64,000 nucleotides of DNA from Candidatus Parcubacteria bacterium (GCA_026395685.1 JAPLYG010000018.1:288-64287), one strand, 5' to 3'. Positions 19,877 to 29,423 are shown, numbered from the stretch's first letter. The notes: generated by a model not told the origin, from the sequence alone. Program-made: numbers and translations.

Positions 19877-20422
19877 ATGAATTTCAAAGAACAATATACT
19901 AAAAAAATAGTGCCGGAATTAATGAAAACTCTTGGTTTTAAAAACCAAATGCAGGTACCTAAGATTGAAAAGGTTGTTTTGAACGTGGGTTTAAGCAAGG
20001 GTTTGAAAGATGCTACTTTTATTGATACCGTAGAAAGTACCCTCACTCGTATAACGGGTCAGAAACCGATAAAAACCAAAGCTAAAAAGTCAATTTCCAA
20101 TTTTAAAATAAGACAGGGCATGATTATCGGCATGAAGGTTACTTTACGCGGGAAAAGGATGTATGATTTTATTGAAAAATTAATTAAGGTAACCTTACCC
20201 CGCGTCCGCGATTTTAGAGGATTAGATTGGAAAATTTTAGATCATAAAGGAAATTTGAATTTGGGAATTAAGGAACATATTTCTTTTCCGGAAATTCGTT
20301 CAGATGAAATTGAAAAGTTGCACGGTTTAGAAGTAGCTATTGTTACTAGCGCAAAAAATAGGGAAGATGCAAAGGCATTATTTAGCGCCCTAGGCTTTCC
20401 TTTTAAAACCGATAATAAGTAA
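19877..20422 (+). CDS. rplE: 50S ribosomal protein L5
   Basis: L5 family over the full length. Confidence 0.95.
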   Translation: MNFKEQYTKKIVPELMKTLGFKNQMQVPKIEKVVLNVGLSKGLKDATFIDTVESTLTRITGQKPIKTKAKKSISNFKIRQGMIIGMKVTLRGKRMYDFIEKLIKVTLPRVRDFRGLDWKILDHKGNLNLGIKEHISFPEIRSDEIEKLHGLEVAIVTSAKNREDAKALFSALGFPFKTDNK

Positions 20423-20437
20423 TTAGTTATATATTTT

Positions 20438-20623
20438 ATGGCAACATCAGCACAAATAGCAAAATCAAATAAAAAACCAAAATATTCGACCAGGATTGTC
20501 AGACGATGCTGGCGTTGTGGCCGTAGCCACGGCTATATGCGGGATTTTAAGATTTGCCGCATTTGTTTCAGGGAATTGGCTTCGCAAGGCGCTATCCCCG
20601 GAATAAGAAAAAGCAGCTGGTAA
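20438..20623 (+). CDS. rpsZ: 30S ribosomal protein S14, type Z (zinc-binding)
   Basis: 61 aa with CWRCGRSHGYMRDFKICRIC. Confidence 0.95.
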   Translation: MATSAQIAKSNKKPKYSTRIVRRCWRCGRSHGYMRDFKICRICFRELASQGAIPGIRKSSW

Positions 20624-20670
20624 ATTTTTATTTAATTTATATTTTATAAAATAAGTTAATTTATTTAAAT

Positions 20671-21063
20671 ATGATTACTGACCCAATTGCAGACATGCTA
20701 ACAAGAATACGGAATGCGCAAATTGTGAGAAAAAGCGAAGTCTTAGTACCTTTCTCTAAGCTTAAGTTTGAGATTGCCAAAATTTTGAAGCATGAAAAAT
20801 ATATTGAAAATCTGGAAAAAGTTGAAGAGGCAAAATTTCCGCAGTTAAAAATTACCTTAAAGTATAATGAAGATCAGCCAGCAATCACTTCAATTAGAAG
20901 AGTAAGTAGGCCGGGTCAGCGTGTATATCTTAGTAAAAATAATGTTTTTAACGTTTTGAATAATTTAGGCATCGCAATTTTATCTACTTCGGCCGGCTTA
21001 ATGACTAGCAGAGAAGCAAAAAGGAAAGGTGTCGGCGGTGAAATTATTTGTGAAATTTGGTAA
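20671..21063 (+). CDS. rpsH: 30S ribosomal protein S8
   Basis: MITDPIADMLTRIRNA... Confidence 0.95.
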   Translation: MITDPIADMLTRIRNAQIVRKSEVLVPFSKLKFEIAKILKHEKYIENLEKVEEAKFPQLKITLKYNEDQPAITSIRRVSRPGQRVYLSKNNVFNVLNNLGIAILSTSAGLMTSREAKRKGVGGEIICEIW

Positions 21064-21155
21064 TAATTTATAATGTAAAATGAGCCCCAAACTTATAATC
21101 ACAATTGAGTAGTTGCCGTGATTAAAGTTTAGTGGTTAAATTAACACATATAACT

Positions 21156-21686
21156 ATGTCTAGAATAGGTAAAAAACTGATTACTGTCCCCGAAGGAGTG
21201 GAAGTAAAAATTAGTGATAATTTAGTAACAGTCAAAGGCCCTAAAGGAGAATTGACTCAAAAAATTCATTCCTTGGTTAAGGTTGAACTACAAAATAAAG
21301 AAGTAATTTTTACCGTTAAAGATCCGGAGGATAAAACTAATAAGTCTTTATGGGGTCTTTATAATAGATTAGTTAATAACATGATAGTTGGCGTTACTAA
21401 GGGTTTCGAAAAAAAATTAGAAGTTATCGGCGTAGGTTTCAAGGTAGCCTTACAGGGACAAAAATTAATTTTAAATTTAGGGTTTTCTCATCCGGTTGAA
21501 TATCTGATTCCACCGGAGATGACCGCGAGTGTGGAGAAAAATACAATTACCTTGAAAGGGTATGATAAATATTTAGTAGGTGAAACTGCTGCACGTATTA
21601 GGCGTATTAAAAAACCGGAGCCATATAAAGGTAAAGGTATTCGATATCTCGGAAGTAAAGGCAAAAAAGGGCAAAAAAATAGATAA
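21156..21686 (+). CDS. rplF: 50S ribosomal protein L6
   Basis: MSRIGKK...; two L6 repeats, about 176 aa. Confidence 0.9.
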   Translation: MSRIGKKLITVPEGVEVKISDNLVTVKGPKGELTQKIHSLVKVELQNKEVIFTVKDPEDKTNKSLWGLYNRLVNNMIVGVTKGFEKKLEVIGVGFKVALQGQKLILNLGFSHPVEYLIPPEMTASVEKNTITLKGYDKYLVGETAARIRRIKKPEPYKGKGIRYLGSKGKKGQKNR

Positions 21687-21831
21687 GGCTGTTGAGGTCG
21701 GAAAATTAATTGCAAAAAAAGCTTTAGAGCAAAAGATTAAAAACGTGGTGTTTGATCGCGGTGGATATAAGTTTCATGGTCGTGTTAAAGCAGTCGCAGA
21801 GGCAGCACGTGAAAACGGTTTAGAATTTTAA
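21580..21831 (+). CDS. rplR: 50S ribosomal protein L18, C-terminal domain only; the ORF overlaps rplF by ~107 nt
   Basis: Only ...[48 protein letters not shown] is L18-like. The frame is closed by TAG at 21577-21579. The 170-nt gap between rplF and rpsE cannot hold a full L18. Confidence 0.55.
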   Translation: MKLLHVLGVLKNRSHIKVKVFDISEVKAKKGKKIDKAVEVGKLIAKKALEQKIKNVVFDRGGYKFHGRVKAVAEAARENGLEF

Positions 21832-21855
21832 TAAATATATTAAATTAATTTATAT

Positions 21856-22461
21856 ATGCCCAAAAGAGAAAAAATGTATAAAAAGGACGAGGAATTCGAA
21901 CAGCGTATTGTTGATTTGGCGAGGGTTACTCGCGTGGTAGCAGGCGGCAAGAGAATGAGATTTCGTGCTACTTTAGCTATTGGCGATAAAAGGGGACGGG
22001 TAGGCATGGGAGTCGCCAAGGGCGCTGATGTTACAATTGCTGTTAATAAAGCATTTAATCAGGCGAAAAAGCAATTGATACATGTCCCGATTGTCAATGA
22101 AACAATTCCACATGAAATACATGTAAAATATAAGGCCGCAAGAATTTTGTTAAAACCTGCTCCCAAAGGTACTGGTATTAAGGTTGGCGGCGCAGTGCGG
22201 GTTGTCTGTGAGTTAGCTGGTATTACGAATGTGAGAGGTAAAATATTAGGTTCTAATAATAAGATCAGTAATCTACGGGCAGCTTTGTTTGCTTTGCAGA
22301 ACTTTAAAAAAGGCAATAAAGAGGGAAAACAGGAAATTAAAGGTGACACCATAGAATTTAAGACTGCAAATTCAGAAAAAAATCAGGACAATGAAGTTAA
22401 AAAGGAAAAGGTGTCAATTAAGGAAAAAATTAAAGGTTTAATAAAAAAAGAAGATAAATAA
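21856..22461 (+). CDS. rpsE: 30S ribosomal protein S5 (C-terminal K/E-rich extension)
   Basis: S5 dsRBD and S5-C domains plus a ~45-aa tail. Confidence 0.95.
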   Translation: MPKREKMYKKDEEFEQRIVDLARVTRVVAGGKRMRFRATLAIGDKRGRVGMGVAKGADVTIAVNKAFNQAKKQLIHVPIVNETIPHEIHVKYKAARILLKPAPKGTGIKVGGAVRVVCELAGITNVRGKILGSNNKISNLRAALFALQNFKKGNKEGKQEIKGDTIEFKTANSEKNQDNEVKKEKVSIKEKIKGLIKKEDK

Positions 22462-22556
22462 GAAAAGGAATCACTAAATTTTTATCACGAAAATACACGA
22501 AAATTCGGTGTTATTTAGTGAAATAATTTCGTGGTTCAGATAACCTAAATAATCAT

Positions 22557-23042
22557 ATGGCTTTGAATTTACATAATTTAAGACCTGCTAAGGGCGCTAG
22601 AAAAAGAAAGATTAGAGTAGGGCGCGGTACTTCTTCAGGCCACGGCACTTATTCTGGCCGTGGTGCAAAAGGACAGCGAGCGAGAAGTGGCGGTAAAGGC
22701 GGCTTAAAAGCTTTTGGTTTGAAAGGAAATATTTTGAGTACCCCGAAATTAGGTGGTTTCAAAAGCAGAAGACCAAAATTTGAAATTGTGAACCTTAGTG
22801 ATTTAGAAAACAATTTTAATGATAATGAGCTGGTTACCCCCGAGATTTTGCTTGCCAAGGGGTTAATTGCAGATACCAGGCCAGGTGTTAAAATTTTAGG
22901 AGAAGGAAAATTGACAAAAAAAATTAATTTACGTGTCCATAAAATTTCTGAAAACGCCAAGGTAATGATTGAAAAAAATGGCGGTAAAGTGTTTTTGTTC
23001 GGTCAAGCAAAGTCGAATGATAAAAAAGCGAACAAAGAATAA
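22557..23042 (+). CDS. rplO: 50S ribosomal protein L15
   Basis: L15 family. No rpmD (L30) lies in the 95-bp rpsE-rplO spacer. Confidence 0.95.
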   Translation: MALNLHNLRPAKGARKRKIRVGRGTSSGHGTYSGRGAKGQRARSGGKGGLKAFGLKGNILSTPKLGGFKSRRPKFEIVNLSDLENNFNDNELVTPEILLAKGLIADTRPGVKILGEGKLTKKINLRVHKISENAKVMIEKNGGKVFLFGQAKSNDKKANKE

Positions 23043-23047
23043 ATATT

Positions 23048-24322
23048 ATGTTTGATAAGATAATTCAAATTTTTAAAATCAAGGATTTAAGGATGAAGAT
23101 TCTGACAATCCTCGGATTATTGGTAGTTTTTCGTATTGCGGCGCATATTCCAATTCCCGGCGTTAATCTGGAAAATTTGAAAGAATTTTTTTCATCTAAT
23201 CAAATTTTTGGTTTGATAAATGTATTTTCCGGTGGCGGTATGGAAAATTTCTCTATAGTTGCTATGGGTGTCGGCCCCTATATTACAGCCTCCATCATTT
23301 TTCAGCTACTAGTCATGATTATCCCGAAATTGGAAGAATTATCAAAGGAGCCAGGCGGACATCAAAAAATTAACAGCTGGACAAGATGGCTGACAATCCC
23401 GATGGCAGCTTTGCAGGCTTATGGAACAATCTCCATATTACAAAGACAGTCTACATATCAAATTATTAGCGGTTTAACACCCTTTACCCTTTTTTCTATC
23501 ATTGTAACTTTAACCGCAGGCACAATCTTTTTAATGTGGTTGGGCGAAATAATTTCCGAATTGCATATCGGTAATGGCATTTCACTTTTGATTTTTGCAG
23601 GTATTGTTGCTAATTTGCCCTTGGTTCTCCAAAGAGCAGTTGTAGTTTTTGACCCATCTCAAATTGTTAATATAGTAATCTTTGCTGCTATTGCACTAAT
23701 TACAGTCATTGGAGTAGTCATTATTAATGAGGGTACTCGCAATATCCCTGTTTCTTATGCTCGGCATGTGCGCGGCAACAGAATGTATGGCGGAGTAAAT
23801 ACGTATTTGCCGTTGAAGGTAAATATGGCAGGTGTAATTCCGATTATCTTTGCGATTTCTCTAATCGTTTTTCCTCCAATGATTGCCAATTTCTTTTTAC
23901 AGGCCAAAAGCCAGATACTGGTAAAGGCTTCTGAGTTTGTAATTCAGGTTTTTCAAAATCAGCTAGTGTATGGTATTTTATATTTTGTTTTTGTTTTTGC
24001 CTTCACTTATTTTTATACTGCAGTAATTTTCCATCCTCAGCAGATTGCAGAAAATTTGCAGAAACACGGCGGATTTATTCCGGGGATTAGGCCTGGAAAA
24101 AATACCGAAGAGTATTTAGCCTCAGTAACTAACCGTATTATTTTTACAGGTGCTTTATTTTTGGGCTTAATTGCTATTTTGCCTTTAGTTGTTCAGCAAT
24201 TTGTTGGTGGTTTGAACCTGGTCATCGGCGGTACTAGCTTATTAATCGTTGTCAGTGTGGTAATTGAAACGGTAAAACAGATAGAATCACAAATGACCAT
24301 GAGAGACTACGAAGGGTTGTAA
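23048..24322 (+). CDS. secY: Preprotein translocase subunit SecY
   Basis: Ten-TM SecY with ...VFRIAAHIPIPGV... at the N-terminus. Confidence 0.95.
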   Translation: MFDKIIQIFKIKDLRMKILTILGLLVVFRIAAHIPIPGVNLENLKEFFSSNQIFGLINVFSGGGMENFSIVAMGVGPYITASIIFQLLVMIIPKLEELSKEPGGHQKINSWTRWLTIPMAALQAYGTISILQRQSTYQIISGLTPFTLFSIIVTLTAGTIFLMWLGEIISELHIGNGISLLIFAGIVANLPLVLQRAVVVFDPSQIVNIVIFAAIALITVIGVVIINEGTRNIPVSYARHVRGNRMYGGVNTYLPLKVNMAGVIPIIFAISLIVFPPMIANFFLQAKSQILVKASEFVIQVFQNQLVYGILYFVFVFAFTYFYTAVIFHPQQIAENLQKHGGFIPGIRPGKNTEEYLASVTNRIIFTGALFLGLIAILPLVVQQFVGGLNLVIGGTSLLIVVSVVIETVKQIESQMTMRDYEGL

Positions 24323-24373
24323 AGGCAGTAGGATTTTATCTAGTATTTGCAATAATTGAATATATGTTATAAT

Positions 24374-24400
24374 AAAAAGGGAAATCACCCTTTTTATTTT
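24374..24400 (+). terminator. Rho-independent terminator after secY
   Basis: aaaggg-aaatca-cccttt followed by a T-run. Confidence 0.65.
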
Positions 24401-24402
24401 TT

Positions 24403-24432
24403 TCCGCCAGGGGCAGATCAGTCTTTGGCAGA
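24403..24432. repeat. GC-rich palindromic unit, copy 3 (shortened)
   Basis: ccgccaggggcag...ctttggcaga. Aligns with copy 2 carrying an internal deletion. Confidence 0.5.
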
Positions 24433-24445
24433 ATCATATAATAAT

Positions 24446-25096
24446 ATGAACTTAATTTTAATCGGACCCCAAGGTAGCGGTAAGGGTACACAGGCGAAAT
24501 TGTTGTCACAATTTTTAAAAATACCCGCTTTATCAATGGGGCAACTATATCGCCGGGAAATATTACACCAGACAGCGATCGGCAAAATCGCCGCACCTTA
24601 TGTTGCTGCGGGTAAACTCGTACCCGATGAAATTACTGGCAAATTGTTAAAAAAAGAGTTAAGATCTAAAAGATATAAAAAGGGGGTAATTTTCGACGGT
24701 TTCCCCCGCACTTATAAGCAAAATATGTTTCTGGAAGATTTGTTAAAAATTGACAGTGTAATTTTGATAGATATTCGCCGCAAAGCAATCTTAAAAAGAT
24801 TAAGCGGCCGATATATCTGTGATTGCGGCCAGACCTATAATCTTTATTCCCAGGAATCAGAAAAGCCAAAGTATTACATGATTTGTGATAAGTGTGGACA
24901 TAAATTAAAGCAAAGGCAGGATGATACACCGAAGGCAATAAGGCAGAGATTAAAAATATATCGAGAAAATACCAAGCCTTTATTCGCTTATTATAAAAAA
25001 CAAAAAAAATTGATAACAATTAGCGGGGAGCAAAGGATTGAGAAAATTTTTAGGGCAATTTTGCTTGCTTTAAAATATAAAGGAACTATTTCATGA
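24446..25096 (+). CDS. adk: Adenylate kinase (zinc-lid type)
   Basis: MNLILIGPQGSGKGTQA P-loop and a CDCG...CDKCG lid. Confidence 0.95.
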   Translation: MNLILIGPQGSGKGTQAKLLSQFLKIPALSMGQLYRREILHQTAIGKIAAPYVAAGKLVPDEITGKLLKKELRSKRYKKGVIFDGFPRTYKQNMFLEDLLKIDSVILIDIRRKAILKRLSGRYICDCGQTYNLYSQESEKPKYYMICDKCGHKLKQRQDDTPKAIRQRLKIYRENTKPLFAYYKKQKKLITISGEQRIEKIFRAILLALKYKGTIS

Positions 25097-25869
25097 TTAT
25101 TTATAAAACCCAAAAAGAAATTGATACTATAGGAAAAGGTGGTAAGATTTTAGCGCAAATTTTAAAACAGGTGGCCCAAACAGTAAAGCCTGGAGTCGGC
25201 ACAAAGGAATTGGATGAAATGGCTGAAAGGCTGATTTTACAAAGTGGCGGTCAGCCATCATTTAAAAATTATCGACCTTCAAGCGCAGACCGTCCGTTTC
25301 CTACGACTCTCTGCACTTCTATTAATGATGAAGTAGTCCATGCACCTGCTATTCCCAATCGTTTTTTGAAAGAAGGGGATATCATTGGGTTGGATATCGG
25401 CATGCAATATAAAGGGCTATATACAGATATGGCTGTAACTGTTGGCGTTGGTCAAATCAGCAAACAGGCACAGCGGCTTTTAAATGTAACCCAAGAAGCC
25501 TTGAGTTTAGCACTGGACCAGGTTAAAGAAGGTAATTATATAAGCGATATTTCGGCAGCCATACAGCAATATGCGGAAAAAAATGGTTTTGGCGTAGTTC
25601 GTGAATTGGTTGGCCATGGGGTAGGAAAGAAAGTTCACGAAGACCCTAATGTTCCAAATTTTGTGACTGAAGAAAGTAAGCTGATTATGATTAAAAGGGG
25701 TATGGTGCTCGCTCTTGAGCCGATGATAAATATTGGCGGATGGCAGATTGAAGTAGCAGATGATGATACTACGTTTAAAACAGCTGATGGCTCATTATCC
25801 GCGCAATTTGAACATACAGTGGCCGTGGATCATAATGGAGAGACTAGGGTGCTTACAGCATTTGAATAA
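25093..25869 (+). CDS. map: Methionine aminopeptidase type I
   Basis: Pita-bread fold with conserved metal ligands (D..D..H..E..E pattern). Confidence 0.9.
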   Translation: MIIYKTQKEIDTIGKGGKILAQILKQVAQTVKPGVGTKELDEMAERLILQSGGQPSFKNYRPSSADRPFPTTLCTSINDEVVHAPAIPNRFLKEGDIIGLDIGMQYKGLYTDMAVTVGVGQISKQAQRLLNVTQEALSLALDQVKEGNYISDISAAIQQYAEKNGFGVVRELVGHGVGKKVHEDPNVPNFVTEESKLIMIKRGMVLALEPMINIGGWQIEVADDDTTFKTADGSLSAQFEHTVAVDHNGETRVLTAFE

Positions 25870-25888
25870 TCATCGGTTATTAAATTTT

Positions 25889-26608
25889 ATGTGTTACCAT
25901 TTATCAGTCAATCGCAAACAAAAAGAGCTGGAAAAAAGGTTTGGGGCAGAGTTTTCCAAACCCGATTTGTTCATGCCGATTTTTTATGCCAATGGCTTTG
26001 AGGCACCGAGAATTCCGGTGATAACCAATGAAGAACCCGAAAAAATTCAGATGCTGACCTGGGGCTTGATTCCTCATTGGATTGCCAATGAAGATAAGGC
26101 TAAGGAAATCAGGTTTAAAACTTTAAATTCACGAGCTGATACTTTATTTACCAAAGCTTCGTTTAGTGAGCCAATCAGAAAAAAGCGCTGTCTGATTTTA
26201 GCTGACGGCTTTTTTGACTGGCGGGAATATAAAAGCAAAAAATATCCTTATTATATCTATTTAAAATCAAAAGAGCCTTTTGCTTTTGCCGGGATCTGGG
26301 ATGAATGGATAAATCCTGATAACAAAAAGAAAATTAAGACTGTTTCAATTATTACCACCGACGCCAATGACTTAGTTGCAAAAATTCATAATCTAAAACA
26401 GCGTATGCCGGTTATATTAAGCAAATTTGAGGGAAGGCAATGGTTGGGTGGCTTGGATGATCAGGAGATTAAAAGTATGCTTGACCCTTATCCTGCTAAG
26501 GAAATGGCAGCATATACTGTTTCAAAGTTAATAACTGCCAGAGGCGTTGACCGCAATGTGCCGGAAGTGATGGAAAAATTTGAATATAAGAAGTTAGAAC
26601 CAATATAA
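25889..26608 (+). CDS. SOS-response-associated peptidase (SRAP/YedK, abasic-site processing)
   Basis: Begins M-C (catalytic Cys2) with SRAP family similarity. The track ORF starts upstream inside map. I moved the start to ATG 25889. Confidence 0.7.
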   Translation: MCYHLSVNRKQKELEKRFGAEFSKPDLFMPIFYANGFEAPRIPVITNEEPEKIQMLTWGLIPHWIANEDKAKEIRFKTLNSRADTLFTKASFSEPIRKKRCLILADGFFDWREYKSKKYPYYIYLKSKEPFAFAGIWDEWINPDNKKKIKTVSIITTDANDLVAKIHNLKQRMPVILSKFEGRQWLGGLDDQEIKSMLDPYPAKEMAAYTVSKLITARGVDRNVPEVMEKFEYKKLEPI

Positions 26609-27484
26609 ATGAAAAAAATGATAGACTTAGTACAACTTCCGGAAAATGTGATAATTCCAAATTTTGAAAGGTTAGCGGATTTGCTTAAAATATTTAAAGA
26701 ACAGGGTAAAGATAAAATTCATGTTTTAGCTGATTTTGATCGTACTTTGACTAAAGCGATTGTTGCAGGGCAAAAAATGCCTTCTATTATTTCTATCTTG
26801 CGCGATGGACGATTTCTAACTCCTGAATATGCCCAAAAAGCTCATAAGCTGTTTGATTATTATCATCCCTTTGAAATTGATCTAAATTTAGGTTTGGCGG
26901 ATAAAAAGAAAAAGATGGAGGAATGGTGGCGTAAACATTTTGAGCTATTGCTTAAGTCTGGTTTGAGCAAAAAAGAAATCAGCGAAGTAGCCCAAGACCC
27001 TAGAATCCAATTGCGGCCGGGCGCAGAAGAACTCTTAAAAGAACTTAATCAACAAAAAATTCCTTTGGTGATAATGTCATCGGCGGGATTGGGGACTGAA
27101 TCTATTTCTTTGGTTTTACAGAGAGAAAAAAGCCTTTATGACAATATTAATATTATTTCCAATGAGTTTGAATACGACCAAAGCGGCCAAGCGATTAAGG
27201 TCAAAGAGCCGATTATCCATACTTTAAATAAGGATGAAACAATGATCCAACAATTTCCGGCTTATCAGGCCGTTAAAAACCGGCCTAATGTTATTTTGTT
27301 AGGTGATAATTTGGAGGATGTGGGTATGGTTGATGGGTTTGATTATGATAATTTATTGAGGATTGGATTTTTGAACGAAAATGTTGATAGAAACTCGGAA
27401 ATTTACAAGAAAAATTTTGATGTAGTGATAATAAATGATGGGGGGATGGAGTTTATTAATATAATATTGAAAGAAGTTATATGA
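26609..27484 (+). CDS. HAD-superfamily pyrimidine 5'-nucleotidase (UMPH-1-like)
   Basis: The DFDRTLT motif I and the overall length and pattern resemble the cytosolic 5'-nucleotidase III family. Confidence 0.6.
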   Translation: MKKMIDLVQLPENVIIPNFERLADLLKIFKEQGKDKIHVLADFDRTLTKAIVAGQKMPSIISILRDGRFLTPEYAQKAHKLFDYYHPFEIDLNLGLADKKKKMEEWWRKHFELLLKSGLSKKEISEVAQDPRIQLRPGAEELLKELNQQKIPLVIMSSAGLGTESISLVLQREKSLYDNINIISNEFEYDQSGQAIKVKEPIIHTLNKDETMIQQFPAYQAVKNRPNVILLGDNLEDVGMVDGFDYDNLLRIGFLNENVDRNSEIYKKNFDVVIINDGGMEFINIILKEVI

Positions 27485-27876
27485 ACGAAAAAATATTAGG
27501 ACTTGACTATGGCTTAAAAAAAGTCGGTTTAGCTATCGGAGACACTGAGACAAAAATTGCCTCTCCTTTTAAGATACTTGAAAAAAGCATTAGCATTTTT
27601 AATGATCTGTCGAAAATTTGCCAGACTCAAGAAATTACCAAAATTGTGCTGGGCGTGCCGGTCGGATTAAAGGGTATTAAGTCAGAACAATATGAACAAG
27701 TAATTGCCTTTAGTGATAAATTGACTCAGGCATTAGGACTTGAAGTTATACAGCAAGATGAAAATTTGAGCAGCACATATGCCCAGCGTCTTTTGCAGGG
27801 GACTAAGGCGAAGGGCAAGGATGATGCTGTGGCGGCGATGATTGTATTGCAGAGCTACTTTGATGGGCAATTATAA
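27481..27876 (+). CDS. ruvX: Putative pre-16S rRNA nuclease / Holliday-junction resolvase-like YqgF
   Basis: ILGLDYGLKKVGLAIGD... RNase H-like YqgF signature. Confidence 0.85.
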   Translation: MNEKILGLDYGLKKVGLAIGDTETKIASPFKILEKSISIFNDLSKICQTQEITKIVLGVPVGLKGIKSEQYEQVIAFSDKLTQALGLEVIQQDENLSSTYAQRLLQGTKAKGKDDAVAAMIVLQSYFDGQL

Positions 27877-27879
27877 TAT

Positions 27880-28016
27880 AATTTAAAGTTCAAAGTTTAA
27901 AATTAAAAATTACAGTTAGTAGTTTAAAATTTCGGAAGATTTATTATAAAAAATAATACATTAACTTTGAATTTCAATCTGTAACTTTGCACTTTGCATT
28001 TTGAACTTTTAACTAT
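27880..28016. repeat. AT-rich caaagt/aactttg repeat block (family 2)
   Basis: gttcaaagtttaaaatt...aactttgaatttcaat...aactttgcactttgcattttgaactttt. Related to 37093..37140 (tcaaagtttaaagtgcaaagtt). Confidence 0.55.
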
Positions 28017-28799
28017 ATGTCACGAACTTACACCACTACCGGAATTATTTTGAAACGCCGAGACTATCAGGAAAATGATAGGCTCTTTTGTCTATATACC
28101 AAGGATTTTGGCAAGATTGAAGTGGTAGCTCGAGGCACAAAAAAAATTACCAGTAAGCTGAAGGGATATTTGGAACCTTTTTATCTGGTTAAGCTGATGA
28201 TTGCTAAAGGCAAGGTAATTGATAAACTGGCAAATTGCAATTCTATTAAGTGTTATGAAAATTTAAGAAACGATCCGACACTTTTAGGCTTTGGTCTAAT
28301 AAATTATCTTGCAGAAGGAACAGACGGCTTGATTTCCGGGCATACTTCACAAAGCGATAAATTTGAATTGCTTTTGGAAGCATTGGATATCATGGAACAG
28401 GAAATTATTAAAGATTTGCCTGAAAAAAAAGAACGCATGCAATTTTTAGCCAATATTTATTTTATTAAATTGCTTGGACTTTTGGGTTATCAGCCGGAAA
28501 TACATCGTTGTGTCCTCTGCCACAAGGGAGTATTACTGACAAAAAATGTTTTTGATTTTTCTAAAGGCGGCCTAATTTGTGAGGACTGCAAAAAGGTTTG
28601 CCTCATTGAGGATTATATCCGTGTTTCTGACAGCGTGATTAAGCTTTTACAATTGGCAAAGGAAAAGCCGCTTGAGTATTTCAGGAATTTAGCAATTGAA
28701 GCTAATGAGCTGAACGAATTTAACGGAGTTGGGGAAAAATTGCTTTTAATTAATATGGAGAAACCGATAAAGTCACTGGAATTTTTTAGCTCAATTTGA
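28017..28799 (+). CDS. recO: DNA repair protein RecO
   Basis: RecO N-terminal OB fold plus a CxxC...CxxC zinc finger (CVLCHK...CEDC). Confidence 0.85.
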   Translation: MSRTYTTTGIILKRRDYQENDRLFCLYTKDFGKIEVVARGTKKITSKLKGYLEPFYLVKLMIAKGKVIDKLANCNSIKCYENLRNDPTLLGFGLINYLAEGTDGLISGHTSQSDKFELLLEALDIMEQEIIKDLPEKKERMQFLANIYFIKLLGLLGYQPEIHRCVLCHKGVLLTKNVFDFSKGGLICEDCKKVCLIEDYIRVSDSVIKLLQLAKEKPLEYFRNLAIEANELNEFNGVGEKLLLINMEKPIKSLEFFSSI

Positions 28800-28844
28800 T
28801 AGCTTAGATGAATTAAAATTTATAACTTTATTTAGCGAAAAGTT

Positions 28845-28887
28845 CATCTTGACGCTGTCGCTCGCGAGCGACAGGGTTGACAGGGCG
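28845..28887 (+). terminator. Terminator after recO
   Basis: ctgtcgctcgcgagcgacag hairpin followed by a T9 run. Confidence 0.6.
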
Positions 28888-28895
28888 ATTTTTTT
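28867..28895 (+). promoter_or_regulatory. Promoter TTGACA-N17-TAAGGT (island promoter 1 of 3 sharing this architecture)
   Basis: Exact 17-nt spacer. The identical TAAGGT -10 recurs at 29502..29530 and 32160..32188. Confidence 0.45.
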
Positions 28896-28957
28896 TTGTT
28901 AAGGTCAAGTAAATATTGGAGTAATCTTCCCATTAAAACTAGTCAAAGGAGGGGACT

Positions 28958-29257
28958 TTGGAGATTTTAAAGGTGATAGCGGCAAAGTTGGATAAAGCCT
29001 TTTTGTCCGGAGGTCATTCAAAATTCTTTACGGTTATTGATTTGGTTTTTAAAAAAGATCAGATCTTATCCGAAGAAGATGAAGTAGCCTTACTGGAGTG
29101 GATTCGGGCAGAAATAAAGCCGGAGTGGACTTATATTTGCTGTAATCGAGCCTGGAAAGAAGGCCCCAAGTTTAAGGCCTTTTTGCATCTTTATTGTTTT
29201 GACACGGAACAGAAAATGTATCAGCAGTTGCTAAAAGAATTTAACGTTTTACGATAA
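28958..29257 (+). CDS. Hypothetical protein (island gene, TTG start 5 nt after AAGGAGGGG)
   Basis: Strong SD. I recognise no domain. Confidence 0.45.
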   Translation: MEILKVIAAKLDKAFLSGGHSKFFTVIDLVFKKDQILSEEDEVALLEWIRAEIKPEWTYICCNRAWKEGPKFKAFLHLYCFDTEQKMYQQLLKEFNVLR

Positions 29258-29288
29258 GAGAAGGATCTTTTTAGTGAAAGGAGGGAAT

Positions 29289-29423
29289 ATGGAGGATTCA
29301 TCTGATTATACAGAAGCCAAAAAGGAAGACAAAAAAGGCCGGCGTAAGAAAAAGAAACCGGATAACCGAAAAAAAGAACTGCGCAAAAACTGGAAAACTA
29401 GGTGTGCGGCAAGAAGAATATAA
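29289..29423 (+). CDS. 44-aa highly basic small protein (Lys/Arg-rich), missed by the ORF track
   Basis: AAAGGAGGGAAT-ATG. MEDSSDYTEAKKEDKKGRRKKKKPDNRKKELRKNWKTRCAARRI. Terminator at 29438..29466. Confidence 0.5.
   Translation: MEDSSDYTEAKKEDKKGRRKKKKPDNRKKELRKNWKTRCAARRI

Noticed and set aside
21640-21670. Programmed ribosomal frameshift in the A-rich tract joining rplF to the L18 fragment
   Set aside because: L6 is already full length in its own frame. A fusion would create a chimeric L6-L18C protein of no known precedent. Truncation or a sequencing indel is more parsimonious, but this cannot be resolved without reads.
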